Below are positions 53,210-64,000 of a stretch of DNA of 64,000 bases, in pieces. Made by a program: the position numbers and the translations under genes. The DNA is taken from positions 51,996,788 to 52,060,787 of the forward strand of contig CM120640.1 in NCBI GenBank assembly GCA_051362555.1, written 5' to 3'. Each line of letters begins with the position of its first letter. Position 1 is the stretch's first letter. The stretch comes from Lingula anatina (Eukaryota > Animalia > Brachiopoda). Under the pieces are notes generated by a model, which was given only the letters and a program-made list of their open reading frames with translations, had not been told where the DNA came from and ran no database searches.

Positions 53210-55161
53210 TGTGGTGGTGGTGGTGGTGGTGGTCGTTTTAGCATCATTTTGGATTTTGTTTACAAATGTGACTAACTGCTTCAGGAACCAGGTTCTACAT
53301 TTAATATCAAGACTGTAGAAGTAAAACACATAACTCATTTACCTACACTAACAAGAACACCATTGCGTATAAAGGAAATATCTGATTTGCATGTCTTTCA
53401 GCTAGGCACAGAGCTGAAAAAGTTATATGTAAGTCTATGCACTTGGGGTTTGGGTATATAACTTTCCCTCCCAAGTATTGTTTATCCAGATAACAAGTAC
53501 ACTTACAAGACTAAGAAAATGAATGTTGGACGTATGTTTTGTTCTTCTTGTCGTTGTTGTCTTCTTTAGCATTAAAGCGAATCTGGAATTGCCAATCAGA
53601 TTGCTTTTTAGCCCTGTCTAGAGACTGAGGCATGCTGTATGTAGAAGTGTTTAAATTTTTTCCTTTGTCATTGCATGACTATTGGCATAATCTTATAGAT
53701 TTGGCAAGATACTAGTAATGCTATGGTTTCATGTTACATATCCAAACCTCAAAATTATGTGTTCATTTCATAGTGATGAGAATAATATAATGTAAATGCA
53801 ATAATGTCATATTGTTACGAATTAATATATAAATCTGCTTTCATAACTTGGATTTCAAAGTCACCTTGACAGTATTTTGATTATTTAACCTATGTGAGTA
53901 TTATGGGGAATTGCATTTCTACACCAGGGTTTGAAATTGACTTTTTAAGTCCAAGTTTCTTTCTGCTTGAATAAATCAAAACCACATAGATAAATGGACC
54001 AAATGCTTTAGGCGTTGTGTAACATAGCGAGGCATTGAGTATTTGTATAGTTAAGACTGTATGTGTTGGATGTCCTTAAATGTATTAATGGATTTGTAAT
54101 CAGTAAATATTAAATGTGAGGCAGAGCACTGAAAATGTTAGAGTGCAGATGGATGGCAGTGCCATGGATGGATCTCCCAGGTACTCGGTGGTTACATGTC
54201 ATGTACATGTTAATTAATGGCCAAGTATGCTGTAGACCTGTTGATGTTCTTCAGAAAAACATGTACAGATGACTCCGAAGAGATCTGAGATATACTTTTA
54301 ACTTGGTTGAATTAGTTTTTTTTTTTTTTTTGTTTGTTTGTTTGTTTGTTTGACATGAGAAATCTTTATTTTTGTATTATTTTATGAATTTTTAAAAATA
54401 CATTCTGTTGTATATATCATATTACAACTAATATTTCAGTTATGTTTGCTTATATTGTTTAATGTTATTCCCTCACTGCTGCATATTGTATCTGTATATC
54501 AAGAAAATATCTCAAGACCTTAATTGCTTGTGTCAGTGAAATAGTTTTATGGATATGATATTGGACATCTGCATGTGTTTTGCAGTAATAACATACTGCA
54601 CTTAATTAGTTTCAAAACAAATATAAAACTGTACAGGATAATGGCTTTTATGAAATGTCACACTAAATTAATATTTATCGATTAAGTGAAACTTTAAAAA
54701 AAGGTTCTAAGTTTTGTTTGGTATATAATTTTTTGTTTATGTTTTGGTATGTTGGGGTAGGGTTTAGAGTTGCAAATAGACACATCAGACACCAGTGGTT
54801 TGTAACAAAATTGATCCGGTAGCAAGTTATGTGAATGTTCAAGCAAATAAGAGTGACACATGCTTTTCTCTTGGGGTGTACAATATACAAAACACTTGTA
54901 ACAGATGTGTGTAATTTATTATTTGAATTAAGTTATTACTTTGGTCATTTACATCAAGCTTTATTTTAATAAATTTTATTTTAAAAAAGTAGTAGATATA
55001 CGTATGAATAGCCAGTGACAACCAAGTGTAGGCTAGCATAATTCAAGGTTGTGTTCCAGCGTATGATGTTAGAACAGTCTTGTCAGTAAGCTGTGTAAGC
55101 ACCTTATGGCAGTGCGTATCCTACGTGGAAATTGTTGTATGTAGAATCATAAAGAACAAAA

Positions 55162-55199
55162 AATAAATTATCAAACAGAATGTCATTCTCAGTTTTATT
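55162..55199. terminator. Facing candidate poly(A) signals: AATAAA (+, 55162-55167) and AATAAA (-, 55194-55199)
   Basis: The motifs sit where the plus strand switches from T-rich to A-rich, between the two convergent genes. Confidence 0.4.
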
Positions 55200-57784
55200 A
55201 TCAGAATAAATTCATGTGGTGTTGTAAAATCTGCTCATTATTTGATTGTGTTAGGGAAGAATCACAACAATTCTTATCAATCACATTTGGTAAGCTTGAA
55301 CAATCTGATATTTATCACAGATGATGCACAATAATGTTTATACAAAAATATGCAATCGTTAAACAAAACACCAAATAATTTGAAAAATTAAACCTTTGAA
55401 ATGCTAAAAAAAAAAAGCATTTGGCATCAAAAATATAATATTTAATATTTAACTATTTTAAAAATTTAATTTTACAATATATGCAGAGAGAAAGTAAGAA
55501 GTAGCTTAAATATGTATATTTATCTATGCTAATATGTATGTGTTATATCAAATAATTCTTAATCAACAATGAAAACATTGGTAAACAGATCACCTTGATT
55601 AGATAGGCCTTTTTTTTCAAATGATTTTTTTTAACCTAGCTACACAGGGCAAAGTTTGTTCCTAGAGAAATTCAAGTGGACTTAGATCAAAATGGGACCA
55701 ATTTTAACAATGCACTGTGGTCTTTTATTCGATAAATCTACTATTTAAGTTAACCCTATTCCATCATGCTTTAATATGACTTATGAGAGAAAAAAAAATC
55801 ATTCTTCTCTTTTCTAAGTGTGTTCGTAATGATAACACAAAGATAATACCAGCAGTACTTTCTTAAACTTGCATAAATAAAAAAAGTCAAAATGTGAGAA
55901 ATTCAGTATGTTAAAACAATGGATCATTACAACTTATACAATTTCACCTCTGCTTCACTTAAGTTGGGGAAAGTAAAACAATACAGAAAACAACAGTGAA
56001 TGGCAAGAACAAAATGAAAAGAATTAGGGGATTAGGTAAAGTTAAAGACAAAAAGCGTCTTAACTTAAAAAATGGTATTTGAGAAAATATTACCCTTCTG
56101 AAATCTTGAATGGCTATTAACTTGGAGACTTCCTTTATAACATCCTTACTTGATGTGGTGCCACTTTCAAATAGGAACAGGTTCACTGATTGTTTTTCTA
56201 ATGTATACCACATGGTTGTATAAGTCCACAGATTACGGCTTACAGGCCACTTATGTAGCAGGTATTAAGTTTATTTGGCAAGTAAAAAACTGATAAATGT
56301 GCAACTTTTGCTCATTATCTTCAACAAAAATTTCAGACTTAAAAAAAAAATCTTACCCAAGTAAATCTGCTGACCTGAAATCTTCAGTGCAAGTTCTCTA
56401 ATAAAACATTCCTGACACGCTTAATGTAGTTTTCACGCATCAGTCGTGTACTTCGACTCTGCTTGATATCATGCACTCACCCCGAGAGTTCACATTGAAT
56501 CGCTCAGATAACTTGTACACCCAAAGGTCAAGTCTGACATTGACATACTGAAATTAATGGCTTCCTTTTAACATGAGTTTTGGGAATTTTTGCAACCTTT
56601 GGGCAATGCCACCACTGATATGGTCACTGTTCTTTCTTTAGGTTAATGCTGTGCTTCTGTTAGTGTCTGTTTTATTATCTTCCATTATTCATATCTCACT
56701 CGGGTTTCTGCCATTAGGAATATTCTAGATCACCTCAAGAACAAATGTGGTTCTACTTTAAAATTCCATTTAGCACCAATTAATATCAAACATATGTTAT
56801 GAGCTCATATGTAAATGTGAAGTGTGTTGGAATCATTTCAAAACGCAAACCCAAAAGAAAGACATCTAAAACATAAGAAATTTAACAGAAATAAAGATTG
56901 TTAGGACTTATTTTCAAAAAAATTGATTCCTATCATTACCTCTACACATAAAAAAGAGCGCAGTTTGTCTTTCTGAAGCAAAATCTGCAAGTTGCCTCAA
57001 TAAAAATGTTATTAAGTCTCACTATCACACAACTTCATGTGCAGAACTATGACTGATGCAATCAAAACATCTTAATCATAATCAGGCAACATGGTGTACC
57101 ATAAATCTCAGGCCTTGTGAACAAAATTGCCATTCGTGACTTCAAGCCACTGGATTATGATTGTGAAAGCTAAATTATGGACTTAATCCACAATTTCATA
57201 GCAAAAATGTAAAAAATTGCAAGCACTGCAAAACAAATATCCAACTGCAAGTTCACTCACCCTCCTATTAAACAGGTTCTGTACATTCCAGAGACTGTCA
57301 AGAGTGCATGACTACCATATTACTTATACACTATATGATTAACAGATTATAGAAAAACATTACAGTTTGATTTGTTTTGAAGCTTTTTTATAGAGAATAG
57401 ATAGTTGTGAGTTGTGGAAAGTTTCAGTGAATTAATTTTTACTTGTATTCTATTTTGTCAATGCAGTTTCTTGAATCTTCTGTCACACTGAAAATAGTTT
57501 GGGGTAAATATAAAGAGCCCATATATAAAACAACATGAGTTTTGGATAAGAGTTAGCCAAAACATATGTGACCTTTACTGGAGTTATTGCAACAAGTATT
57601 TTTATGTTTGTGCCATAAAATCATAAGTTGTAAACCACAAACCCTTGGCTCAGGTTCACAAATGACAGCTACTGTTTATGAGGCCCAAACCCAGGACTCA
57701 CTTTGATAACCTTCTAAAATCACTCTAAAATTATTCTTAAGTTAAATGACTTTTAAAAAATATTAAATCTGGAGTTACTGTTAA

Positions 57785-58096
57785 TCATGAAGGCAGAGAG
57801 ATGCAAGCTCCCACTACTCTTCCAATACACAATCCACTTTGTTGGTATGCTTTCAGGAGTCCCAAGGCATTATTAGCTGCTTTAATATCTCCAAAAATCT
57901 CATAAATATCTTCATACACAACCAAAATTTCTTCAGCAATATCTATTACAAACTTTGTGCAACTTCCCTCTGTGCATTCCACCAAGTCCTTGATGAACTT
58001 TCCAAGGCGTTCTGCAATGGTCGTCTCTTCACACTGTACCAGTGTCACCTGCACATCTTTCAGTGCTTTTCCAAATAACTGCAATCCTTTGATAAT
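57785..58096 (-). CDS. Secreted PLL-like propeller/SKICH-like protein, exon 8 (terminal; helical Cys-containing domain)
   Basis: cattttag|ATT; IIKGLQLFGKALKDVQVTLVQC...GLCIGRVVGACISLPS*. Confidence 0.85.
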   Translation of the reverse strand: MIKGLQLFGKALKDVQVTLVQCEETTIAERLGKFIKDLVECTEGSCTKFVIDIAEEILVVYEDIYEIFGDIKAANNALGLLKAYQQSGLCIGRVVGACISLPS

Positions 58097-58366
58097 CTAA
58101 AATGACAGGAAAATAATTAAAAATTAATATCAAATGCAGATATCAAACAAATCAAATGAATGCAATGCCATATTAAACACTAGTTAAACACTAGTCATAC
58201 ATCTTGTTTTTTTTCACATTTGCTTAAAATGCAGGTGTTTCCTGCTTAATAAAGGTATGTTGGAATTATGCACTTAAAAAAATCATTTTCTAATCTTAAT
58301 ACTGCACACTTTGATTACCTTGTTTTATTTCTGACTCACACCCTCTTTTTCTCATTTATCTTTTAC

Positions 58367-58533
58367 CTCTCTATTTTCAAAAGCATCAAAGGCCAACTTA
58401 AATGTCTGCACAGTTGCATTTCCATCCTGAACACAAGCGGATAAGTTGGCCCCTTCCTTCCCCAAACCGACCTCTAAGCCATTGTATAGCTGCACCCATT
58501 CTTTATCATGGGTCATATTGTGGGTCTGCATGC
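58367..58533 (-). CDS. Secreted PLL-like propeller/SKICH-like protein, exon 7
   Basis: ccacag|GC ... GAG|gtaaaa, phase 1 to 0. Encodes MQTHNMTHDKEWVQLYNGLEVGLG...FENRE. Confidence 0.85.
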
Positions 58534-59022
58534 CTGTGGCAATAAACAACTGATATCATGTATTACTAATATTTCGGTCAAGGGATCACATGTTTATCTG
58601 AACTTCATTGTGTCATCAGTTTTATCTATGCACTGTTCTTTGGACTTTACTTGAAATATGGTCCAGAAAACACTTCAATTTACAGATCAGCTTTTAGGGA
58701 AGAACTAATTGAAGGAACTCATATTTGTCTCAAAACACAGTGTGGTTCAATACATTTGATGTACATGTATACGGTTAAAATATACCAAATCAAAGCTGTT
58801 TTTTACTTTACAAGTTATAAAATTAATTTAAATACCAAATCATACTCAGGTGCTCATAATGATAATGGATATAGTATAGACAGTGCAATGTCTCAAATAA
58901 AAAAAAGGAATCTGGTAAAGTAGCTATAGATGTGGTGGAAAGGTCAAAATTCATATTACCTGAGTATTTTACACTAAGACATCCCCCCATGCCTTTACAG
59001 TCAATAGTGAAACAAAACTTAC

Positions 59023-59159
59023 TTGTCTGCATGACACTGATGTATTTTCTGTTCACCATGTAGCGCACATCATACACGCCATCAGGTAAAAAGCTACGAA
59101 AGGTAACTTTACCTACAGGTACTGGATCTTTTCTGGGATTCTGGGTTCCCTGAACATAC
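59023..59159 (-). CDS. Secreted PLL-like propeller/SKICH-like protein, exon 6
   Basis: ccatacag|G ... A|gtaagt, phase 2 to 1. Encodes YVQGTQNPRKDPVPVGKVTFRSFLPDGVYDVRYMVNRKYISVMQT. Confidence 0.85.
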
Positions 59160-59629
59160 CTGTATGGAATAAAATAAATAACTCACTATGAAATTTACAA
59201 ACTAGACCACAAGTTTTTTTTTAAGAAAACATTGTGAAATTAAAGTTTTGCAGTTAAAATACCAGGACATAATAATGTAAACTTGCCAGGGAACTCCAAA
59301 TACCCAGAGGGATAATAGCTCTCTGATACCTCACCACAAATGTCCTGTGGTTAACCCCAAATGTAAGTATCTTAATGGAAGAATGTCGATTAATTTCATT
59401 TTGTCATCAGGACTTACCTTTATTATCATTCAACAAAAAATTATACATATCCATGACAATTACATTAAGCCAGGCATGGAACCCAATCCATATAGTGTTT
59501 AACAGCAGATGAAATTTAGAACTATTCAAACATAAAACTACAGGAGGCAACTCTTCTCTGAAATAGCTAAAGTGGAGCTGAACTAATTCAATGTTTTGTT
59601 AAGATTCTTGTTTGACCAGAACCATTTAC

Positions 59630-59799
59630 CTAAAGTCCACATAACTGTCATCACTGGTTGCAGAAGGAAACACCCCTATCCAGTCCTTGTTTGTAGCCTC
59701 ATCTACTGGGACAGTCCAGACAGCAGTCCAGTTCTTTCCAAAATTGACCATTGCTGACTGGTTTACATAAATACTGTGGTTTTGGGTAACAGATACAAT
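59630..59799 (-). CDS. Secreted PLL-like propeller/SKICH-like protein, exon 5
   Basis: cctttcag|ATT ... AG|gtaaat, phase 0 to 2. ...WTVPVDEATNKDWIGVFP...YVDF carries the DWIG motif of SKICH-like beta-sandwiches. Confidence 0.85.
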
Positions 59800-60068
59800 C
59801 TGAAAGGAAGGTGCTTGCTGCACTGAAATTAAATTTTGTTGTGGACAAAATGACTGACATTATATATAATTTTATATCTCTTTCATTTAATGAGGTTTAT
59901 TCATCTTTCAGTTACATGGTATGCTTACCAGTATACTATGAAACCCAGATAAATATACTTTCATCGCAGAAGAAGAGATACATGAAAATACAATATATCA
60001 AAAATCATGGAAATGTTGTTTCAGCTAGATATATAAATACACTGTTATTAGCCTTTTACTTAACTCAC

Positions 60069-60222
60069 TTTATTATCTGCAGTTACGAAGAAAGAAGTCC
60101 ACCACCCTCCATCCATATTTACAATTAAGGGTAAACTGGCCATTTTCCCTGCAGATGATGATCCCACCAAGTCCCAGCCATTCCATTTGCCACTGATTTC
60201 AAGCTGCCAAAGGTGCCACAGT
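60069..60222 (-). CDS. Secreted PLL-like propeller/SKICH-like protein, exon 4
   Basis: tttttag|A ... AAA|gtgagt, phase 2 to 0. Encodes LWHLWQLEISGKWNGWDLVG...WWTSFFVTADNK. Confidence 0.85.
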
Positions 60223-60447
60223 CTAAAAACAATCCAAAAATTATTATTTGTCACAGGCTGTAGGCCAAAGACTTATAGGGATACAAGTTTTTTTTTCTGG
60301 TAATATCTTGAAGTTTTAGACCTTCTGTACAAGATTCGTATGTGTTATGTTTACCTACTTCATCTGTAAAAACACTGCGAGTATTGGAAAATTTGTGCAT
60401 TTTAAACCCTCTACATATCAGTAAATATAAGTTACAAAGTCAACTAC

Positions 60448-60539
60448 CTGCTGTAACTGTCAAGTAAAAACACTTCATTTCCCAAGTGGATATTGTTGCT
60501 TATGGCCAGTGCATTGACTTGTGTCCCCAGGGATGGAAC
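60448..60539 (-). CDS. Secreted PLL-like propeller/SKICH-like protein, exon 3
   Basis: tttcacag|GTT ... AG|gtagtt, phase 0 to 2. Encodes VPSLGTQVNALAISNNIHLGNEVFLLDSYS. Confidence 0.8.
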
Positions 60540-61014
60540 CTGTGAAAACAGCATGCTAGATTTACCATCAGTGATATATTTTTATTGTCATAATTGACAA
60601 TGAATTGTGTTAATCAAAACTAACACAATTCATAGATATAAGACTAATAAAAGCAGGCTTTTTTGTTATAAATATAAAATTTATTCCATGCTCACATTGT
60701 GTCACTCTTCAAAGTCTTGTATTTATTCATGCACAGGAAATTCTGGCAAATTGCTGAGTACAAAATCACATGTAATATAAAAAACTGCTATTCAGGCAAA
60801 GGAAGTCTTTTTCCATACTTTGAATGACAAACCCTTATCAAACTAACTTTAAAAACCTTCCATTATCCATAATGACAAACAATGATTTCATTTATAAAAT
60901 ATTACCCCAAAAATTACTTCAAACAATATAAAGACCAATAATTATATATATTGACCAGATACCTACATTTTTTAATAAAGTATGAACCCAAGATCTTTCT
61001 GTCTGAATTTTTAC

Positions 61015-61214
61015 CTTGCTGTGAATCTTTTCCCATACACCCCAGGTGCAATATCCCCAGGGATTTTTGACTTTATCACATGTTGTCTGCCATATGTGAT
61101 GTACCAAACCATCTGTACCCAGAGCAAACACCTCTACCATTCCATTGAAAACTGTCTGGCTCATTAAATGGGCAACAGGTCGAGTAGTGGAAATCACATC
61201 AGGTTGACCATCAC
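61015..61214 (-). CDS. Secreted PLL-like propeller/SKICH-like protein, exon 2
   Basis: cattttcag|GT ... AAG|gtaaaa, phase 1 to 0. Encodes ...NGMVEVFALGTDGLVHHIWQTTC...WGVWEKIHSK. Confidence 0.88.
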
Positions 61215-61496
61215 CTGAAAATGAGATGATGACTACTAGCTAGTAGACTTGAAATACATCAGAGTTTGAAAACTGTAAAAAAGGAAGTTTACTCAAATGG
61301 AAATCACTTATGAAATAGCTCTTTAGCAGACATGTATAAAATATGCGACCCTGGATAATAAGAAACATTCTTACTTTCTGGAAAAGTTGTCCATTTCTTG
61401 TGCTTGTAAACAAAACACCAAACACATTTATAAGCATAATGCCTTTGATCCAGCTTGTATTTTTAACTGGAGGGAGGGGTAGAGGCTCATACCCAC

Positions 61497-62229
61497 CATG
61501 AACTCTCCACTTTGCCCAGTCTGTCCCCTCATACTGCCAGGTACGGTATAACTTCCCATCTTTGAAAGATGCATAGCATTCTAGATAACCAGAGAAAGTG
61601 TTGAAGATCACAGTTGCATCACTCAGTAAATCCCCGCCAAGATTTGTCCAGTTTGAAAAATTAATGCCATCTCGTGTTTCGCTGACATACAACTCTGAAC
61701 GATTAGATGGGGTTCTGTAGAAAACATAGAGTGAGTCTTTCTTTCCTTTAACAACACTCACACTATCCATGCCAGTAAGTGTCTCTGTTGTGGATGGACT
61801 TACATTTGTTGACACTATTTTGTAAGATGGCGAGAAAGCACGACAGCCGCCTACTTCACCTAGGTTCTGAACTGTAAAATGGAGCTTCCCATTAGAGCCT
61901 AACAGGTACACAGCAGTAGCATTACTCGGTGTGTATGAAGCTGCTGGGTTCGATATAAACTTCACACCACTGGGTGACCCCAAGTTAAGCCAATTTCCCC
62001 ATTTCCAGCTGTAATCGCTGCTGCGTTGACCCTCTGCACACTCCAATGCACCATTAGTGTCAGTAGCAAAAGCAAGTAAAATATTGCTTGTGGTCAAGCG
62101 ATCTTCAATCACACTTAACCTTCTCTCGTTCACGGACAAAGACACAATTGAAAAAAGAGAAATAAACAAAACGCACGCCGTTAGATTCATTTTCATTTCC
62201 GTGATCTTCTCAATGTTTTTCATTATCAC
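61497..62229 (-). CDS. Secreted PLL-like propeller/SKICH-like protein, exon 1 (signal peptide + first propeller blades)
   Basis: Hydrophobic MNLTACVLFISLFSIVSLS signal-like segment and repeated WxxWxxLG motifs. Donor CAT G|gtgggt gives the phase 1 needed for exon 2. The eight exons total 1,965 nt (654 aa from the first Met; the true start may be Met12 or Met14). Confidence 0.85.
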
Positions 62230-62469
62230 GTGGAGTAGCTCAGGGTGAAAGGTTGACCTTGCTTAACCTAGATTCTGTCCAATCAGCTTTGTCTATTTTT
62301 TAACTGCATCGTATTTTCTCGGCTGCTAACAAAAAATATAAAAAACTATTCGGTTTAAATATGAGAATTGTGTGCTTCTGAAAATTTTAGTATTAATTAT
62401 ATTACAAACAATTTTTTCCTGTCATCAACAAAGTAAATGTGATCACTTGTATGTTCTTAAATTTATCCA

Positions 62470-62588
62470 ACCGGCGAGCTCGGCCTTACCCTCTTGACAT
62501 ATGGCGCTAGGGGCAAGTGCCTGTAGGTGTTTCTCCTAGAACATTTGGGTTTTTTGTGGATTCCAGTGGTCTTGTTGCATCAAGCACG
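62470..62588 (+). other. Possible first (non-coding) exon of a divergent plus-strand gene leaving the window
   Basis: CpG-richer patch, ATGGCG motif and strong donor CACG|gtaagt at 62589; CCAAT at 62279. No downstream coding exon identified. Confidence 0.3.
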
Positions 62589-64000
62589 GTAAGTTTCACA
62601 CATTTGCTCATATTCTCTCATCATAAGTACGAAGAATGCCACAATCTGTGAGTTCAAGCAATTAAAGTCATTTTGACTTCATGACCCAGTTTTGCGTGGC
62701 CATGGGTCAATTTCACATTCCAGTTGTTGTGTACAAAACCTGCGTGATGTAGACTTCATTGATGCAGAGATATGTTTTCTTCTTGGATTACATTTGCTGC
62801 CTGTTTAAGTTATAGCGAGTGTACATTACTGTTAATACAGCTATTTATTTGGCGTCTTCACAACGGTTAAAGCAGATATTTAAAACAATAACTTGAAAAT
62901 GATTGTTTTTATACATTTCGGAAAAAAAACTAACATTGGAAGAAGTATAAACATACATATTACGTCTTCATGTCCTTTAAACTTCTCAGGATATATATCC
63001 TGTGAGAGACAAGAGGACGGTATTGATAAAATATTGCTTGGCTTTTATTTAAAACAGGTTTTTAATGGAGGTACATCGATTTAACCTCTGGTTTTTATAT
63101 TAATTAATGAAAGTTATAGTCATGTGTATGCTTCTCAAGACGCAAAAACAAAAGCCTGTGGGGATCTTAGCTATAAACCAAAGTCTTGTGGGTAAGCATA
63201 AAGTTAAGCAAGATTTTGTAGGATATGATTAACAGTGGGGTCATAAATAATGGACAGAGAGAGGTGCAGCAACAAATAAAAACTGCCAGATCATACACCG
63301 ATATTTTTCTGATTGTTTATCTCTGAATTTCAGTCTTATTACAGTCTGTTGCAGCACATTTGAAAAAGTTGTCAATTTTATATTGATGACATTCCCAGAA
63401 TGAGGTGTCTCACCCTTACGGCTTAAAAGATAACCCCAAAAATTATCGCATGGTTTCTTGTCTTGTATGATATCATGCAGTTTTAGGCTGTCTGAGATGA
63501 TCCCCATTCCAAGTGATAGAAATAAGTTTCTTATCATTTTTTTCATGCCACATCACAATATCTAGCTCCAGGACGAGAAGAATACAACTGTAAATAACTA
63601 ATTGTTTTAAAAGAAAGAGAGAAATTAGCTCATTTATCATAAGATTAATCACCTATACTGTAAAGTGAGATAACCGTCCTTAGGATTTTTCAGCTTCAAA
63701 CTAATTGTAACTTGTAACTTTGTGATGATTAATATCAGCAAGAAACCATGTTTCGTTTTAGCAAACTTATGAATCAGAATAATTATTGATATATTGATTC
63801 ATATTTACTTGAAAACAAAATCCCCTTCTTTGTCTTCTTAAGCATTTGTTGACAAAAACAGTTTTTACAGTAAAATTTTCATTCAGAATATGCATGCTCA
63901 ATTCCATTAACTAGATGAAAGTGTTGCCCCTTTCATTCTTATCTTATGTGATTCTTATCTATGATTAAATGGCTTGTATCTCTTGTCTCTTGTTAATGAA

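Noticed and set aside
61240-61496. C-terminal part of the 329-aa ORF 61240..62229
   Set aside because: Read-through into intron 1. The propeller pattern continues instead in the exon starting at 61214.
63241-63546. 101-aa minus-strand ORF
   Set aside because: No recognisable motif or convincing splice context.

Overview
AT-rich, intron-rich animal genomic DNA; the protein sequences point to a lophotrochozoan, probably a mollusc (inference). Three protein-coding genes can be assembled by hand from splice signals and reading frames. (1) A minus-strand NR1J/HR96/DAF-12-type nuclear receptor locus (about 31,332 down to 6,049). It has one set of 5' exons and a single first-zinc-finger (P-box CESCKA) exon, followed by TWO complete, intact, strongly diverged cassettes of [second zinc finger exon + hinge/ligand-binding-domain terminal exon] with identical splice phases. 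This looks like one gene encoding two or three receptors with a shared DNA-recognition helix and swappable dimerisation finger and ligand pocket, and it is the main finding. (2) A divergently transcribed plus-strand complexin (149 aa, CAAX end CTVQ). (3) A convergent minus-strand 8-exon gene for a secreted ~650-aa protein with a PLL-like 7-bladed lectin propeller, a SKICH-like domain and a Cys-containing helical domain. Repeats include two inverted ~2 kb Helentron-associated (HINE-like) elements carrying 146-bp tandem arrays full of perfect nuclear-receptor DR1 sites, several MITEs with recognisable target-site duplications, and simple repeats. All gene models are manual predictions with no transcript evidence, and no database searches were run.
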